This document shows positions 32,098 through 42,800 of a stretch of 64,000 nt of DNA, one piece after another (position 1 is the first letter of the stretch; each line of letters begins with the position of its first letter). The notes beneath the pieces were generated by a model. It was not told the DNA's origin and did no database searches. It was given only the letters and a program-made list of their open reading frames with translations. Both the position numbers and the translations under genes were made by a program. This DNA comes from Diplonema japonicum (Eukaryota > Protista > Euglenozoa: Diplonemea): positions 434,001 to 498,000 of the forward strand of contig OZ025697.1 of assembly GCA_964019335.1 (NCBI GenBank), written 5' to 3'.

Positions 32098-33627
32098 TCA
32101 TTTTCCCTTCTTCCCTTTCTTGGGGTTAGGCTTTGGAATAAGCGGCATTTCGGGCAGTGCGCCCCACCGCCTTCCTGTCGCCTGCTGTCGAGGTTGGAGG
32201 TTGCCCTTCAAGGAAACCCGTTGCACAGCAAGAGCATGCCGCACGCTAGGGATGTCACAGAAGGTAGGACGGGGCGGTGCAGGGAAGGCTGCGCTCTGTG
32301 CGTCCACAACGTGGAGGTAGCGCCCGTAGAAATCGGCAGAGGACAGCTGGAGCTCATAGGTGCCGAGGCAGTTAGGTCCTGTGAGAACTATCCGGAACTT
32401 GTTAAAGTAGGGCAGTGTCCAGTCAGGACACCGCTCGATGCACCACTCTGCTGTTCTGTCTGCCCCCTTCAGGGAAGTGTCGTTGGTGTGCCTTCTAAGT
32501 ACTTCCCACTTAGAGTCGTGCAGCCCCCCCAACAAGCACCAATTGCGCAGCAGATACCCGTTGTGCATGGGGTGCGACGTCCACAGGCGGTACCGTGCGG
32601 GCACAAGCACCAGGTCGTGAACGTGGAACTCGATAAATGGTGCCACTTCGTTCAGCGTCAGGAAGAAGCAGGGCGCGCGGGCCTCGCTGCTGTCCTCCTT
32701 CGTGAACGTGTCCAACAGGGCAGACACGGGTAACGAGGCACCTGACTGCGACGAAGCACGCACAGCAACCCCCTTGCCATGTGCCGCGCGCAGCACGCCC
32801 TCCTCACAGTCCATCATCGTGTACCTCAGTGCCGGTTGTCTGCCTTCTTGCTGAAAGGATTCTATTCTGCGAGCAATGCCCTGCAGGCCCACATCCTCGA
32901 AAGAGGCGTGCTGGCAACGCCAGTCAGCAGGCAGCACCACGAGGCTGGAGCAAGTGCCCTGAACCATGTTGGCGAACAAAAGCTGCGACAGCGTGTGCTT
33001 CACAGCCTGCAAGGTCGCAAGCAGCTTCTTGTCCCAAGAAGAGATACGAGCTGCCGGTGTTGGTGTGAGGGGACGTAAGTCGACCTTGCTTTCATTCTTG
33101 ATGTGTGTGGACGGGGACGGGGACGGGGACGGTCTTTTCAATTCTTTGCGTGCCACAGGCAACGGTGCATCATGCGGGGTGATGGGCAGGGCACGTGTGG
33201 GGGCTGTGCAGGGTCTTGCGGGGAGGGGTAACAACCCTACAGACTTCTTGTTGAGAATCATAAAGGTGGTGTCTGTGTTGATCTCACGTGTCCGTCTCGA
33301 GAGGTGTGCCTGCTCTGAGTGAAGGGCCTGCTTGTTGCAGAAGTAACTTGCTGCCAAGCTCTGCTGTTCTAGTGCTTTGCACCTCAAGCGTGCAGCGGTA
33401 AGCTCGCTTCGTGTGTCCTCCAAGACAGCCTTCTGGAGCTTCAACAGCGGGACCACGTTCCTGAAGCACCTCAGCATCACGACCACCTCCTTCTCGCCTA
33501 GTACTACTCCTTCTCCACAGCCCAGCACGCACTTCGCAAACAGGTTCTCAGCAACATCGACAACAAGTTCCACATCTTGTTCCGCAGCTTTCAGTTTTTC
33601 CTGCCATGTGCTATCCCCGCTCAGCAT
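32098..33627 (-). CDS. Hypothetical protein with N-terminal coiled coil (about 509 aa)
   Basis: Long ORF with coding-like composition; ATG preceded by CCACCACAG. Confidence 0.75.
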   Translation of the reverse strand: MLSGDSTWQEKLKAAEQDVELVVDVAENLFAKCVLGCGEGVVLGEKEVVVMLRCFRNVVPLLKLQKAVLEDTRSELTAARLRCKALEQQSLAASYFCNKQALHSEQAHLSRRTREINTDTTFMILNKKSVGLLPLPARPCTAPTRALPITPHDAPLPVARKELKRPSPSPSPSTHIKNESKVDLRPLTPTPAARISSWDKKLLATLQAVKHTLSQLLFANMVQGTCSSLVVLPADWRCQHASFEDVGLQGIARRIESFQQEGRQPALRYTMMDCEEGVLRAAHGKGVAVRASSQSGASLPVSALLDTFTKEDSSEARAPCFFLTLNEVAPFIEFHVHDLVLVPARYRLWTSHPMHNGYLLRNWCLLGGLHDSKWEVLRRHTNDTSLKGADRTAEWCIERCPDWTLPYFNKFRIVLTGPNCLGTYELQLSSADFYGRYLHVVDAQSAAFPAPPRPTFCDIPSVRHALAVQRVSLKGNLQPRQQATGRRWGALPEMPLIPKPNPKKGKKGK

Positions 33628-34309
33628 GGCCTGTGGTGGGGTCAATAGCGAAGAAAATACACAAGACAAACGTTCTCCTTAATCCACTCACATGGGTGGC
33701 ACCATGATGGGGTGCTAGACAACCACCAAAGGGAGAAAAAAACAAGGGGGGAGAAGAAATGAAAAAATAAAAAAAAACAATAAAGATCGTTTTTTTTTTC
33801 TTTTTTTCCTGCTGCTCGTCATTGAGACCAGCGCAAGAAAGGGGGGAAAATGAAGGGGAGATAAAAGAAAAATCTTTTTTTTTAAAGGGAAGGATAGGGA
33901 GAAGAGGAACAACAATGAACTGGGGTGTCATCCCCCCCCCCCCCCCCCCCCCCCCCGCTTTCTTTTTTTTGTTCTCCGCTCGAGCAAGAAGATAATAAAA
34001 ATATTTCTTTGCTCGGCACAAAAAAAAAAAAAAAAATGACAGTTCTAATTACTGTAAATCTCAACACAACGAAGATGGGGAAAACAAAGGGGAAGGGTGG
34101 GGCTCTCCTTATCCGCACTGCGTTCACGAGACCTATTCTTTTTCCTTGTCTGCCTCCCTTTCCCATCCTCCCCCTTCTGTTGCAAGAAGACAGGAAGTAA
34201 GGCATACATGCGTGACGCAGGGTAGAGAGGGAAAATATTCACTATGACAGGGACGACGTGGTTAGAAACGGCCCAGCAAACCCGCAAAAAAAAAAAAAAA
34301 AAGAAGAAG

Positions 34310-34345
<36 letters not shown>

Positions 34346-34381
34346 GGGATAAAGGAAGCCGGTGTTGGTGGCATCCTGCCT

Positions 34382-35569
34382 TGCGGTGCACCCAGCCGGA
34401 GCGCGATTCCGCACTCGTGCAGTTTACTGCCTATCGTCACCCTGAGCAATTTGCAATACGTTCTTCCACTATGGAAGGGCTCACGAACCCCTCCATTCTC
34501 TTTTTTTTTTTCTCTTTTGTTTGCTGGCAATAAAATATAGCTACATACTACTGGATTATGACACTGCAGAGAACTGCTGTGTGTGAGGAAACGAAGAGAG
34601 GGGGGGGGGGGGGGGGGGGGGATGGTTTTAAAAAAAAAAGTAAAAGGAGTGTGCAGGGCAGCTCTGGTGGCATTAGTGAGATGATCACCAGGCACCCTCC
34701 TAGCGAATAACCGCAGGCTCTCGGTTTGCACACTTGCGACAAAAATGAAATCACGTTAAGAAGAGAGCTATAATGATGGGAAGAAAAAGAAAAGGATATC
34801 CCCCTATTGATGGAGGTGAGCAGCGAGTCCATCACAAACGAGGTGCAGGGTTAACGTTTTCTGTATGGCTGCGGAGAACGAAGAAGGGCACACTTTGACC
34901 TCACTGCCTTTCTTTGAACACAAACAAACGAAAAAAGAAGAAAACCCTACCCCCTCTTTGAGGCTAATGTGCAAACAAAACAAAAAAAATCCTCTTCTTT
35001 TTTTTTTTTTTTTTTTTTTTTTTTGGCAGCCAGAAAATGAAGGGGAATTTAAAAAAAAAAAAAAAAAAAAGGAAAGAAAAAAAAAAAATTATCAGAGATT
35101 TTTTTTTTTCCCTGTCAAAACTCACCACACCTGGAGAATACACTCCTTCGTTCTTCTTCTTTTTTTTTCCTTTGCTTTCCCCTATTTTTTTTCTGTTCCC
35201 ATTGAGGTTCTTCCACGTCCTGGTATCTGCAGCGCCCGTGTACAGGGCCTTCTTGCGATGCCTGTGTAATTGACTTCTCAAGAGGGAAGAACCAAAGGAG
35301 GGAGGAAAAAAAAAAGAAGAAAGAAAAAAAAATGGGGCTTTGATTGCAACACTAGGTGGCGTTAAGCGTGCAATGAAGCACGAACTACCTACTTGATTAC
35401 AGGGGGCGCTCCTCGGCCGAGCAGTAGCTTCTTCTGCGTTCCGCGTCGTGTCCTTAATGCGTGCGGTGTGCTCAACCCTAGCCGGGGCGTCCCGGGTAAC
35501 CAAGATTCTGCGCTCGTGCAGTTTGCTGCCTGTTCGTCACCCTGAGCATCTGCGTTATGTTCTTCCACT
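34382..35569. repeat. Diverged ~90-100 nt direct repeat (34382-34470 and 35462-35569), probable decayed element
   Basis: Shared ctcgtgcagttt.ctgcct..tcgtcaccctgagca...gttcttccact. Confidence 0.7.
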
Positions 35570-35940
35570 CGGGCGCTACCGGTGATGACCGACGAGGAGG
35601 TCAACAGCGAACAACACATCTGAGGTACTTCTTATATTTTCATGTAATCCCCACCAAAAAAAAAGAAGATGAAGAAGGAAAAGGGGTGCTCCGTGAGGCG
35701 ATGAAGGAAATACCAGAGACAGAAAAGTAGAAGGAGAGGGGTTAAGAGATTGAAGGCATAACAGAGTACCCCGGAGAGTTATCAAAAAAAATCCACTTCT
35801 TTGACGTAGTGGGAGAGAGGCATGGGGAGAGAGGGCATGGGGAGAGATAGGAAGAAATCCAAAACGAAAAATTCAGAGTAATTCTGTGTGTGTGTGTTTT
35901 TTTTTTTTTTTTTTTTCTTTCTTCTTCTTTTTTTTTTTCC

Positions 35941-36310
35941 TTTATTTCACTCTTCGTCATTTTCTTTACTCACTTTAACGCGAATGGCCATAATTTAACT
36001 AGTTAAATAATGGCGCTTCAGAGTGAAAAAATGGGTCTCGCGGTGAAAAGAAAATGCACCCAACCCCTTGGAATTCTTTTTTGGGGGTGGAGGTATTTTG
36101 ACTATTTTTGGCCATCTGAGGCCATTCCGGCCCTTAAAAAGTGGGAATAAGTACTTTTACTTCCCCTTAAATTGCTACGGCGAAATAGCTATCCCATATT
36201 AGCCTGCCTGCGTGAAAAAGCAGTGAAGAGTGAGTGACTCAATGACGAAGAGTGAAATAAAACGACTTACTTGTCGCCAAATGAGCCATTATTTGTTGGC
36301 AATAATTAGC
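35941..36310 (+). mobile_element. Helentron/HINE-like element, third family member
   Basis: Perfect 21-bp inverted repeat at 35941-35961 and 36241-36261, followed by a hairpin (36271-36302) and a T-tract. The 3' tail resembles 25686-25775. Confidence 0.65.
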
Positions 36311-37514
36311 TTTTTTTTTTCTTCTTTTCTTTGTTCCAAATTCTTGCTATGTACTAAAAATCGACCTAACCTAAACTAAGGGAAGGGGGGGTGATGGGTT
36401 AATAAAGAGTGTTTTGCATTTTTTTTTTGTTTTTTTTTTTTTTTTTTTCCCCTCCAAAAAAAAAAAAAAAAAAAAACGCTTCTCAAGCATACTTTTTTTT
36501 TCACCTCCATGTAATTACAATAACAAGTGTTTCATCATAATTGTGTTAAAAAAAATAGGGGGGGAAAAGGCGAAAGCTATCGGGTTTGGCACCCAAACGC
36601 TAACATATTCATGCAGCCCCCCTTCAATAAAATGTAACTCTTAGAAGGGGGTGCAAAAGAAAGAGCACAGTGAACCATGTTCCTTAAGTGCATGAGCACA
36701 TGTTTGAACATATGCGTGCCGCATACCATTATCTCGTTTAAAAAAAAATGAGTGGGAAGAAAAGGGTTCCCCCCTGGGTTTTATATTATTTTTTTCAGTA
36801 GTCTAAAGGGGGGGGGGGGGGGGGGGACCACCTCTCTTTCTCTCCCCAAAAAAACAATTTTTCAATGCACCAACAGCTCACGACCAACCAAAGCGGTTTT
36901 TTTTTTCTTCTTTTTTTTTCCTGTTTTCATGAAATCCCTGCTGCACTTTCTTTGTCTTTCTTTTTTCTTTTTTTTCTTAAACTTGTTGAGGAAGAATAAG
37001 AGAGATGAGATGGGGGAGGGGGGGGAGAGACAAAAGGAGAACTCATCGCTTTTTCTTCTCCTTTTTTTTTTTTTTTTTTTTTTTTTTTTGCAGTACACGT
37101 AAAAAGAAACTTGGAAGAAAAAAAAAGGAAAAAAAAGGGGGGGTTATTCACTTAGTACAACTACGCCATGTTTGCACAAGGGGAAAAAAGAAAAAAGAAA
37201 AAAGAGACATTTAAGGGTACCTGCGGTATGTGGCAGGACGCCTGAAAAAGAAAATTGATAAATTTCGGTGTGCGGGTGGGTGCTCACCGTTCAAACACTT
37301 AGTACCAGAAATGTTCGCAAAAAAAAAAAAAAAAAAAAAAACCTTTTCTCCCCGTTTTTCTTTCTTTCTTCTGTTGGCGTTGCTTGTCCCTTTCTTTTTT
37401 TTTTTCCCTGCTTGTAGGTAAAAAAAAGGGGGGGGGGGAAGAGGAAAGAGAAAGTAACGAAGAAAATACATAAAAAAAATAAAAAAATAAAAAGAAGAAA
37501 AAACTGTATGTAAC

Positions 37515-37736
37515 TTAAAAGCAACCAACAGAGTACAAGGGCTCAACCTTACAAGGCTTCTTCTTCTTGCACCTCTTCTTGCTAATTTTCTTGCACTCAT
37601 CTCTCCCGCTGTCTGAGCCCTTGCTGGACTGCGACGAAGCGACCATCTCCCCCCTCGTATCGATGCTCTTCCCCACTACATTGGCGATTGTGAAGGCTGA
37701 AACCCCGATGGCAAGGATTTGGCTGTTGCACACCAT
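37515..37736 (-). CDS. Small hypothetical protein (73 aa), hydrophobic N-terminus and Lys/Cys-rich C-terminus
   Basis: ATG-started ORF forming a complex-sequence island between homopolymer tracts, on the cluster strand. Confidence 0.5.
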   Translation of the reverse strand: MVCNSQILAIGVSAFTIANVVGKSIDTRGEMVASSQSSKGSDSGRDECKKISKKRCKKKKPCKVEPLYSVGCF

Positions 37737-37838
37737 TTTTTTTTTTTTTTTTTTTTTTGTTTTGCTGTGTTAATACGAGTACTTCGAAGAAAAGAAGGGG
37801 AAAAAAAAGGGGGAAAAAAAAAAAAAAAAAAAGCCCCA

Positions 37839-38492
37839 TTACACATCGATTAAAGAACCAGCATGGTTTTTCTTACTTATGTTCTCACACCTTTTCAGCC
37901 AAGAGTCCTGCACCCAGTATTGTACCATGTTCATCCCGAAGGGTCCCAGCAACATGACACAAGCAAGGAAGAGCTGCGGGTGGCCTTTGAACACGGAGCA
38001 GAGCTTCACCACTCCAGGAAGTGTGAGAGAAGACGTAGCGGCAAGGACAGCCGCGCAGCACAGCCTAGCAAGGATGACGGAGATACAGAAAACAAGGGTT
38101 TGCACCGCCCAAGCCAGGGCTGTGGGATACACACCCGTTACCGTAACTAAATGGCAGATTTTCAGCACATGGTTCAGAAGAGCCAACACTTTGAAGGTCA
38201 AGTAGGTGCCCACCGTAGTGTCAATGGTGAAGACGAGTAAGTACCACCCACACTGATAGCGTGATTCCGTGAGGGAGCCCATGACAGAAGCCACCACCAA
38301 GCCTGTGCAATGACCGCATCCTGCACCAAAAGCTTGCTTTCCAATGTCTTTGTAAAAGACCTCATCTGACCTGTCCTTTTCTTTCAGGTGTTTGGCAGCC
38401 AGCATGCACCCTGCCGCCACCACCAGGGCCAGCTGTACGGCCCACCCCTCTCTGCCCCCCAGCAGTCGGCACGTCCCATGAGCACTTGTCAT
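37839..38492 (-). CDS. STIMATE/TMEM110-family membrane protein
   Basis: Pattern C.LLG...VQL.L...KH.KE...D.GKQ.FGA...H...C.WY....IDTTVG...N.VQYWVQDSWLK. Confidence 0.8.
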   Translation of the reverse strand: MTSAHGTCRLLGGREGWAVQLALVVAAGCMLAAKHLKEKDRSDEVFYKDIGKQAFGAGCGHCTGLVVASVMGSLTESRYQCGWYLLVFTIDTTVGTYLTFKVLALLNHVLKICHLVTVTGVYPTALAWAVQTLVFCISVILARLCCAAVLAATSSLTLPGVVKLCSVFKGHPQLFLACVMLLGPFGMNMVQYWVQDSWLKRCENISKKNHAGSLIDV

Positions 38493-38719
38493 GAGAACCT
38501 TTCTTTTTTTTGGGGGGGGTGGAGGGAGATCCACGCCAGCCACAAAAACAATGGTATGAGGGGGGGGGGGGGGGGGGGGGAAGGATCGTGACTATACAGC
38601 AACAGCTGGTGCTTTGAAGAAAAGAAAAAGAAAAAAAAAGAGGGGTGTTTCATGGCTGCTATTTCTTCAATATTTAAAAAAAAAAAAAGAAAATGGTGTA
38701 AATGGTGTGTTTTTTTTTT

Positions 38720-38975
38720 TTACAAGTTTTTATGGGCGTAGGCTGCGGCAACTTCTTTTGACTTTTTTTTTTTTTTTTTTTCCCCTACTCTTTTTCTTTT
38801 TCCATACGGAATGCCCGTCACCTATTCTTTGAAACACGCTCGACGCCTCCATAGATCCTGCCACAGAGGGTCTTGCATAGTTTGGCGTCATGTCGTTGTG
38901 GTCTAGAGGATTCTGCCCCAGTGTAGGAACATCAAGCGTTCCCCAATCCCCTGCAAGAGTGTAGGCATGTACCAT
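38720..38975 (-). CDS. Small hypothetical protein, two exons (38975-38808, 38761-38720)
   Basis: ATG preceded by CACACAG. A GTATGG...(A)nAG 46-nt intron gives a clean stop ...GHS|SKEVAAAYAHKNL*. Confidence 0.5.
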
Positions 38976-39217
38976 GAGGGCTGTGTGAGGGAAGGGGGAA
39001 TAGGGTTTTTTTCTTCTTTTTTTCCCCCCCCATGAATGTTGCCAACATAAAAAAAAAACGAAATAAAGTGAAAAAAAGAGGGGTTCGTCTAAAGGGGGGG
39101 GGGGGGGGGGACACTAAACAAAAGGGAAGAGAAAAAAAAATGTGATCAAAAGACAAAAAAAAAAAAGAAAAATCATTCGGGCTAAGGGAGAAAAGAAAAA
39201 ATAGGGGGGGGTATACT

Positions 39218-39312
39218 CTACTCTGCTTGATCGGTTTCGAGATAAATAGCTTTTCCGAACTTTGCGTACAAATCAGCCTTTAGGCTTTTCATTACATCGG
39301 CTATTGCGTCCT

Positions 39313-39345
<33 letters not shown>

Positions 39346-39706
39346 TAAACCACACACCAATTCTCCATTCAGAACACCTAATTGTTTTTCGGTTTCATCT
39401 TTCGTTTGGTTCAGCAGGGTGTCCACCTCGTCCGTGTCCATGGCGACGAAGGACTCCCCGAGTGTGAATTTTATGTCATCCGCAATGTAGATTTCCGTCT
39501 CAGCATCATCAATGTGCTCCTTTTGTTTTTTTGTTTTTTTTTTTTTTTTTCCCCTCCCTTCAGTAATATACCAATCGCTGGTTCAACAAGGCGACCTCCT
39601 CTTTCACTTCCAGCTCCCTCTTGTGCAGCCTCCCAAAGTTGCAAATTTTCTTCTGATCATCCCATGTCACGCTCACTACTGCTGGCTCGTTGTCCTTTGA
39701 CGCCAT
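39218..39706 (-). CDS. PFDN4: Prefoldin subunit 4, three exons (absent from the ORF track)
   Basis: Exons 39706-39572, 39519-39358 and 39310-39218 translate to ...VTWDDQKKICNFGRLH...IDDAETEI...LGESFV...MKSLKADLYAKFGKAIYLE. Confidence 0.92.
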
Positions 39707-39803
39707 TTTTTTTTTTCCTTTGGTTTTTTTTTTATATTTCCTTCTTCGAAAATAAGGGGGGGGGGGGAATGGGGCTATTTTTTTTCCTCCCTTCTCTACG
39801 CCT

Positions 39804-42800
39804 TCACTCCAACCCCATGAAGTAGCCCCCGCTCCCTTCGGGTATTGCGCTCGTTATTGTGCTGTGGTGTGTTATGCTTTTCAGGGGGGGGGGGATGTAC
39901 CTAGTCAGGACTTGCCAGTGTGGTCCTGCAAGCCTCTTTCCTACTGTCGCAAATCTAGGACAAATAGCCTTCACAAGCCCTTGGAGGTAAGGTGGTGCTG
40001 TTGTGGAAGATGCCATGTGCGGGTAACCTGTATGTGTATGTGTATGTATGTGTTGTGTGCATACATTGTACCAGCTCTGACAGCAGTGCCGGGGCGTATG
40101 GGTCGCTGGAGGCGTGGCACACCGCTGCGAAGATAACTGCCAAGGACCATACAAGCAGCACTCCTTCTTTCTTCGTGCAACCGTCGACGAGTGCCTGCAC
40201 CCACACCCACGAAGTCTCGTCTTCCACGTCACCTACCACTGCCTCTTCGAAGCATCCACACAGAACACGCGGCAGAACCACAGGCAGAAGTGAATGGTGC
40301 GAGCTAGTCAGCAGCAGTTCCTGCAGTGCCAAAGGCATGCCATGTTGCCAGTGAAGCCCCCGTAGAATGATGCACCCCACAGCAGCTACCACTGTCTCTG
40401 ACGTCTTCTGCACGGACCGCACCCTCAGCAAATGCAGCAGGTTCACCACCTGCCTGTGCGAGGCATCATTGTCCTCGCTCTTGTCCCGGCGCCCCCTTGT
40501 TGGGTACACCGCGCACAGCATCACTCCTAGCATCAGCAGCGGCCGTGCTCCCCGAAACAAGACGTTGCTGTCGTCTCTTGCTATGGAGCCCCGCCTGTTG
40601 GACTCGGGCAGCTCCGGTGCGGGCGACGACACGCTACTCAAGGCTGCTATGATCTGGCGCTGCGCGTGAGAGAGTGAGTAGTGTAACAGCATGCAGTAGG
40701 CTTGCGTGAAGACAGCTGTCACCTGACGTGAGGTGATCTTGCCCTCCTTCTCGTTGGATAGCATGTCCCACAGCGCCTCCCACGACTTCCTTGTAAACAT
40801 GGTAGACTCGCACAACGACGGCGAGACCTCGATGCAGCAACTTACCATCTGCACCACAGCCATGAAGAAGCAAGACAGCCCGGCAGGCAGCGCGATGAGC
40901 AGCGAAATGTCGCCACAGACCCTGCTAGCCACGTATGGAATCACTTTCTCGAGAGAGGAGCACTTAGGGTCGATCTTCTTGCCCTGCGCGAGCAGGGTCA
41001 CGCACAGCGGGAAGGACGGTGCAGCAAACAGGTGTGCATCGGACAGGTTGATGAGCATGGTAGGGAGGTCCCTCGCCGTCCCCATCACAGTGAACAGCAC
41101 AGCCACACTCTCGCAAACAATGGGTTCCACGCATGTGAGTTGCGCTGGTGTCACACAGTCCACTGCAGCAAAGCACTCCGTGAATCCGTCCCGTAACACA
41201 TCTTGAGCATCCTTGTTCAAACGTGATGTCTCGCGAAGGGGCATCACGTCCTTCGGCATCTTGTCCATGAGCAGCACAAGGTGGTGCGAGATAGTCGGCA
41301 CGGCAGGCATGCTGCCGATCTTGAAGAACTGAGTCGAGATGGACAACATCACGCACAGTTCTTGCAGCAACGTGAAGACCACTTCTGAACTCATCCTGTC
41401 GCATTTGGAAAGGGCAGGCACAGCCTTCAGCAGGGAATTCAGTAAACACCCGCCACCTGTGCTCAGCATCAGTGTGTGGTGCCCCGGCCTTGGGAGTTGT
41501 GTCGGCCAGTGCATATTCCTTCGAGAGTAAGCATCGTCGTGCCACCACCCACCGTAGCCACGGCACTCCGCTGGAGTCATCATGTTCGTTGCGCACACCA
41601 TCTGCGTCAAGATTAAAGGGTGCTCGGAGATGTTTCTATACTTCTCTGGCGCTATGTGCTGGTGGGGCCCGTCCTTCGTGGACACCAGGCACACCATCGA
41701 GGTCGCGAGCCGCACCCCAATAGCGAAGGATTCCATCTCTTTCTCCGTGTTGGGTATTTCATCCAGCAGCGGCTGCAGAATATTCTGAGTCACGGTCGCC
41801 CCCCACGGTTTGGGGCATCCCACACCCGCGATAATTAGCTGCAGTTTCTTCGCCGCCTTCTTCAACCCTACGCCGTCTTGGATGGCCATCTCCAACTCCA
41901 TCACTGTCTCTTCAAACACAAGCGTCGGTGCTGCTTTCGCGATCTCCCACCCAAGGAGGACTGCGAAGCTAGAGGTATTCGTGTCAGCTGCTTGCATTAA
42001 GATGTCGCCCGTAACCTGCAGCAGCTTGGTAAAGACTGGTGTAGAGGGCAGGGCTGCGTGTTTGTCGTACTCAAAACCTATCCCATGCGACGAGAGGAAG
42101 TAGTGGGCAGCACGCGTGACGAAGGCACGCCAAGCCACTTCCAAAGGGATGACAGCCGTCACGACCTCCGTCACAGACGAACCAGGAGTGTTGGTTGCTT
42201 GCCGTGCTAGTGCAGTCCATTCGAAGGCTGCTTCGTTGCTGCCCATAGGGGTGGCGAGGAGGTCCACGCTCAGGTCCGGTGATTCAGACGAGTAAATAGC
42301 AGCAAATAAGGATAGCAACAGTGTGCTGACTTCCCACCGGTGCAAGTACGACTCTTCCGGGAAGCTGTCGTCGTATGCCAAGCAGAAGGATATGAGGAAC
42401 AAGTGCGCATGGCGTGTCATCCCTTGATAAGAGCTCAGCTCGTTCAGGTGGTCACGTAGGAAGTAGCCAACTGCAACAAGACTCTCACGCAGCTGCGGCA
42501 TGCAAGCAGCAGCCTCCTTGGTGAAGCTCTCTGTCATGCGATACACTACTATGTTCGATAGCGCCTCGAAGATGGTGTGCATATCGGTGGCAATGCTTGC
42601 CCCGCCGTTCCCCGACACGGCAGAGGCTGCGTGTGCAAGCACCATCGGCGAGGCGCTGGTCCCCACACAGTGCAGGATGTCGGCAAGAATGGCACTCTTC
42701 TCATCATCACGACAGATGAGCGACGCCAGCGCATTGTGCACGTTGAACCTGTTAGTCGGGTCGCAGATCTCCTTTCGCAAATCGTATGCCTCAGAGCTTT

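Noticed and set aside
36610-36660. Hairpin gcagcccccttc...gaagggggtgc as a possible H/ACA-like snoRNA
   Set aside because: Single hairpin with no convincing pocket, box or target identifiable by eye.
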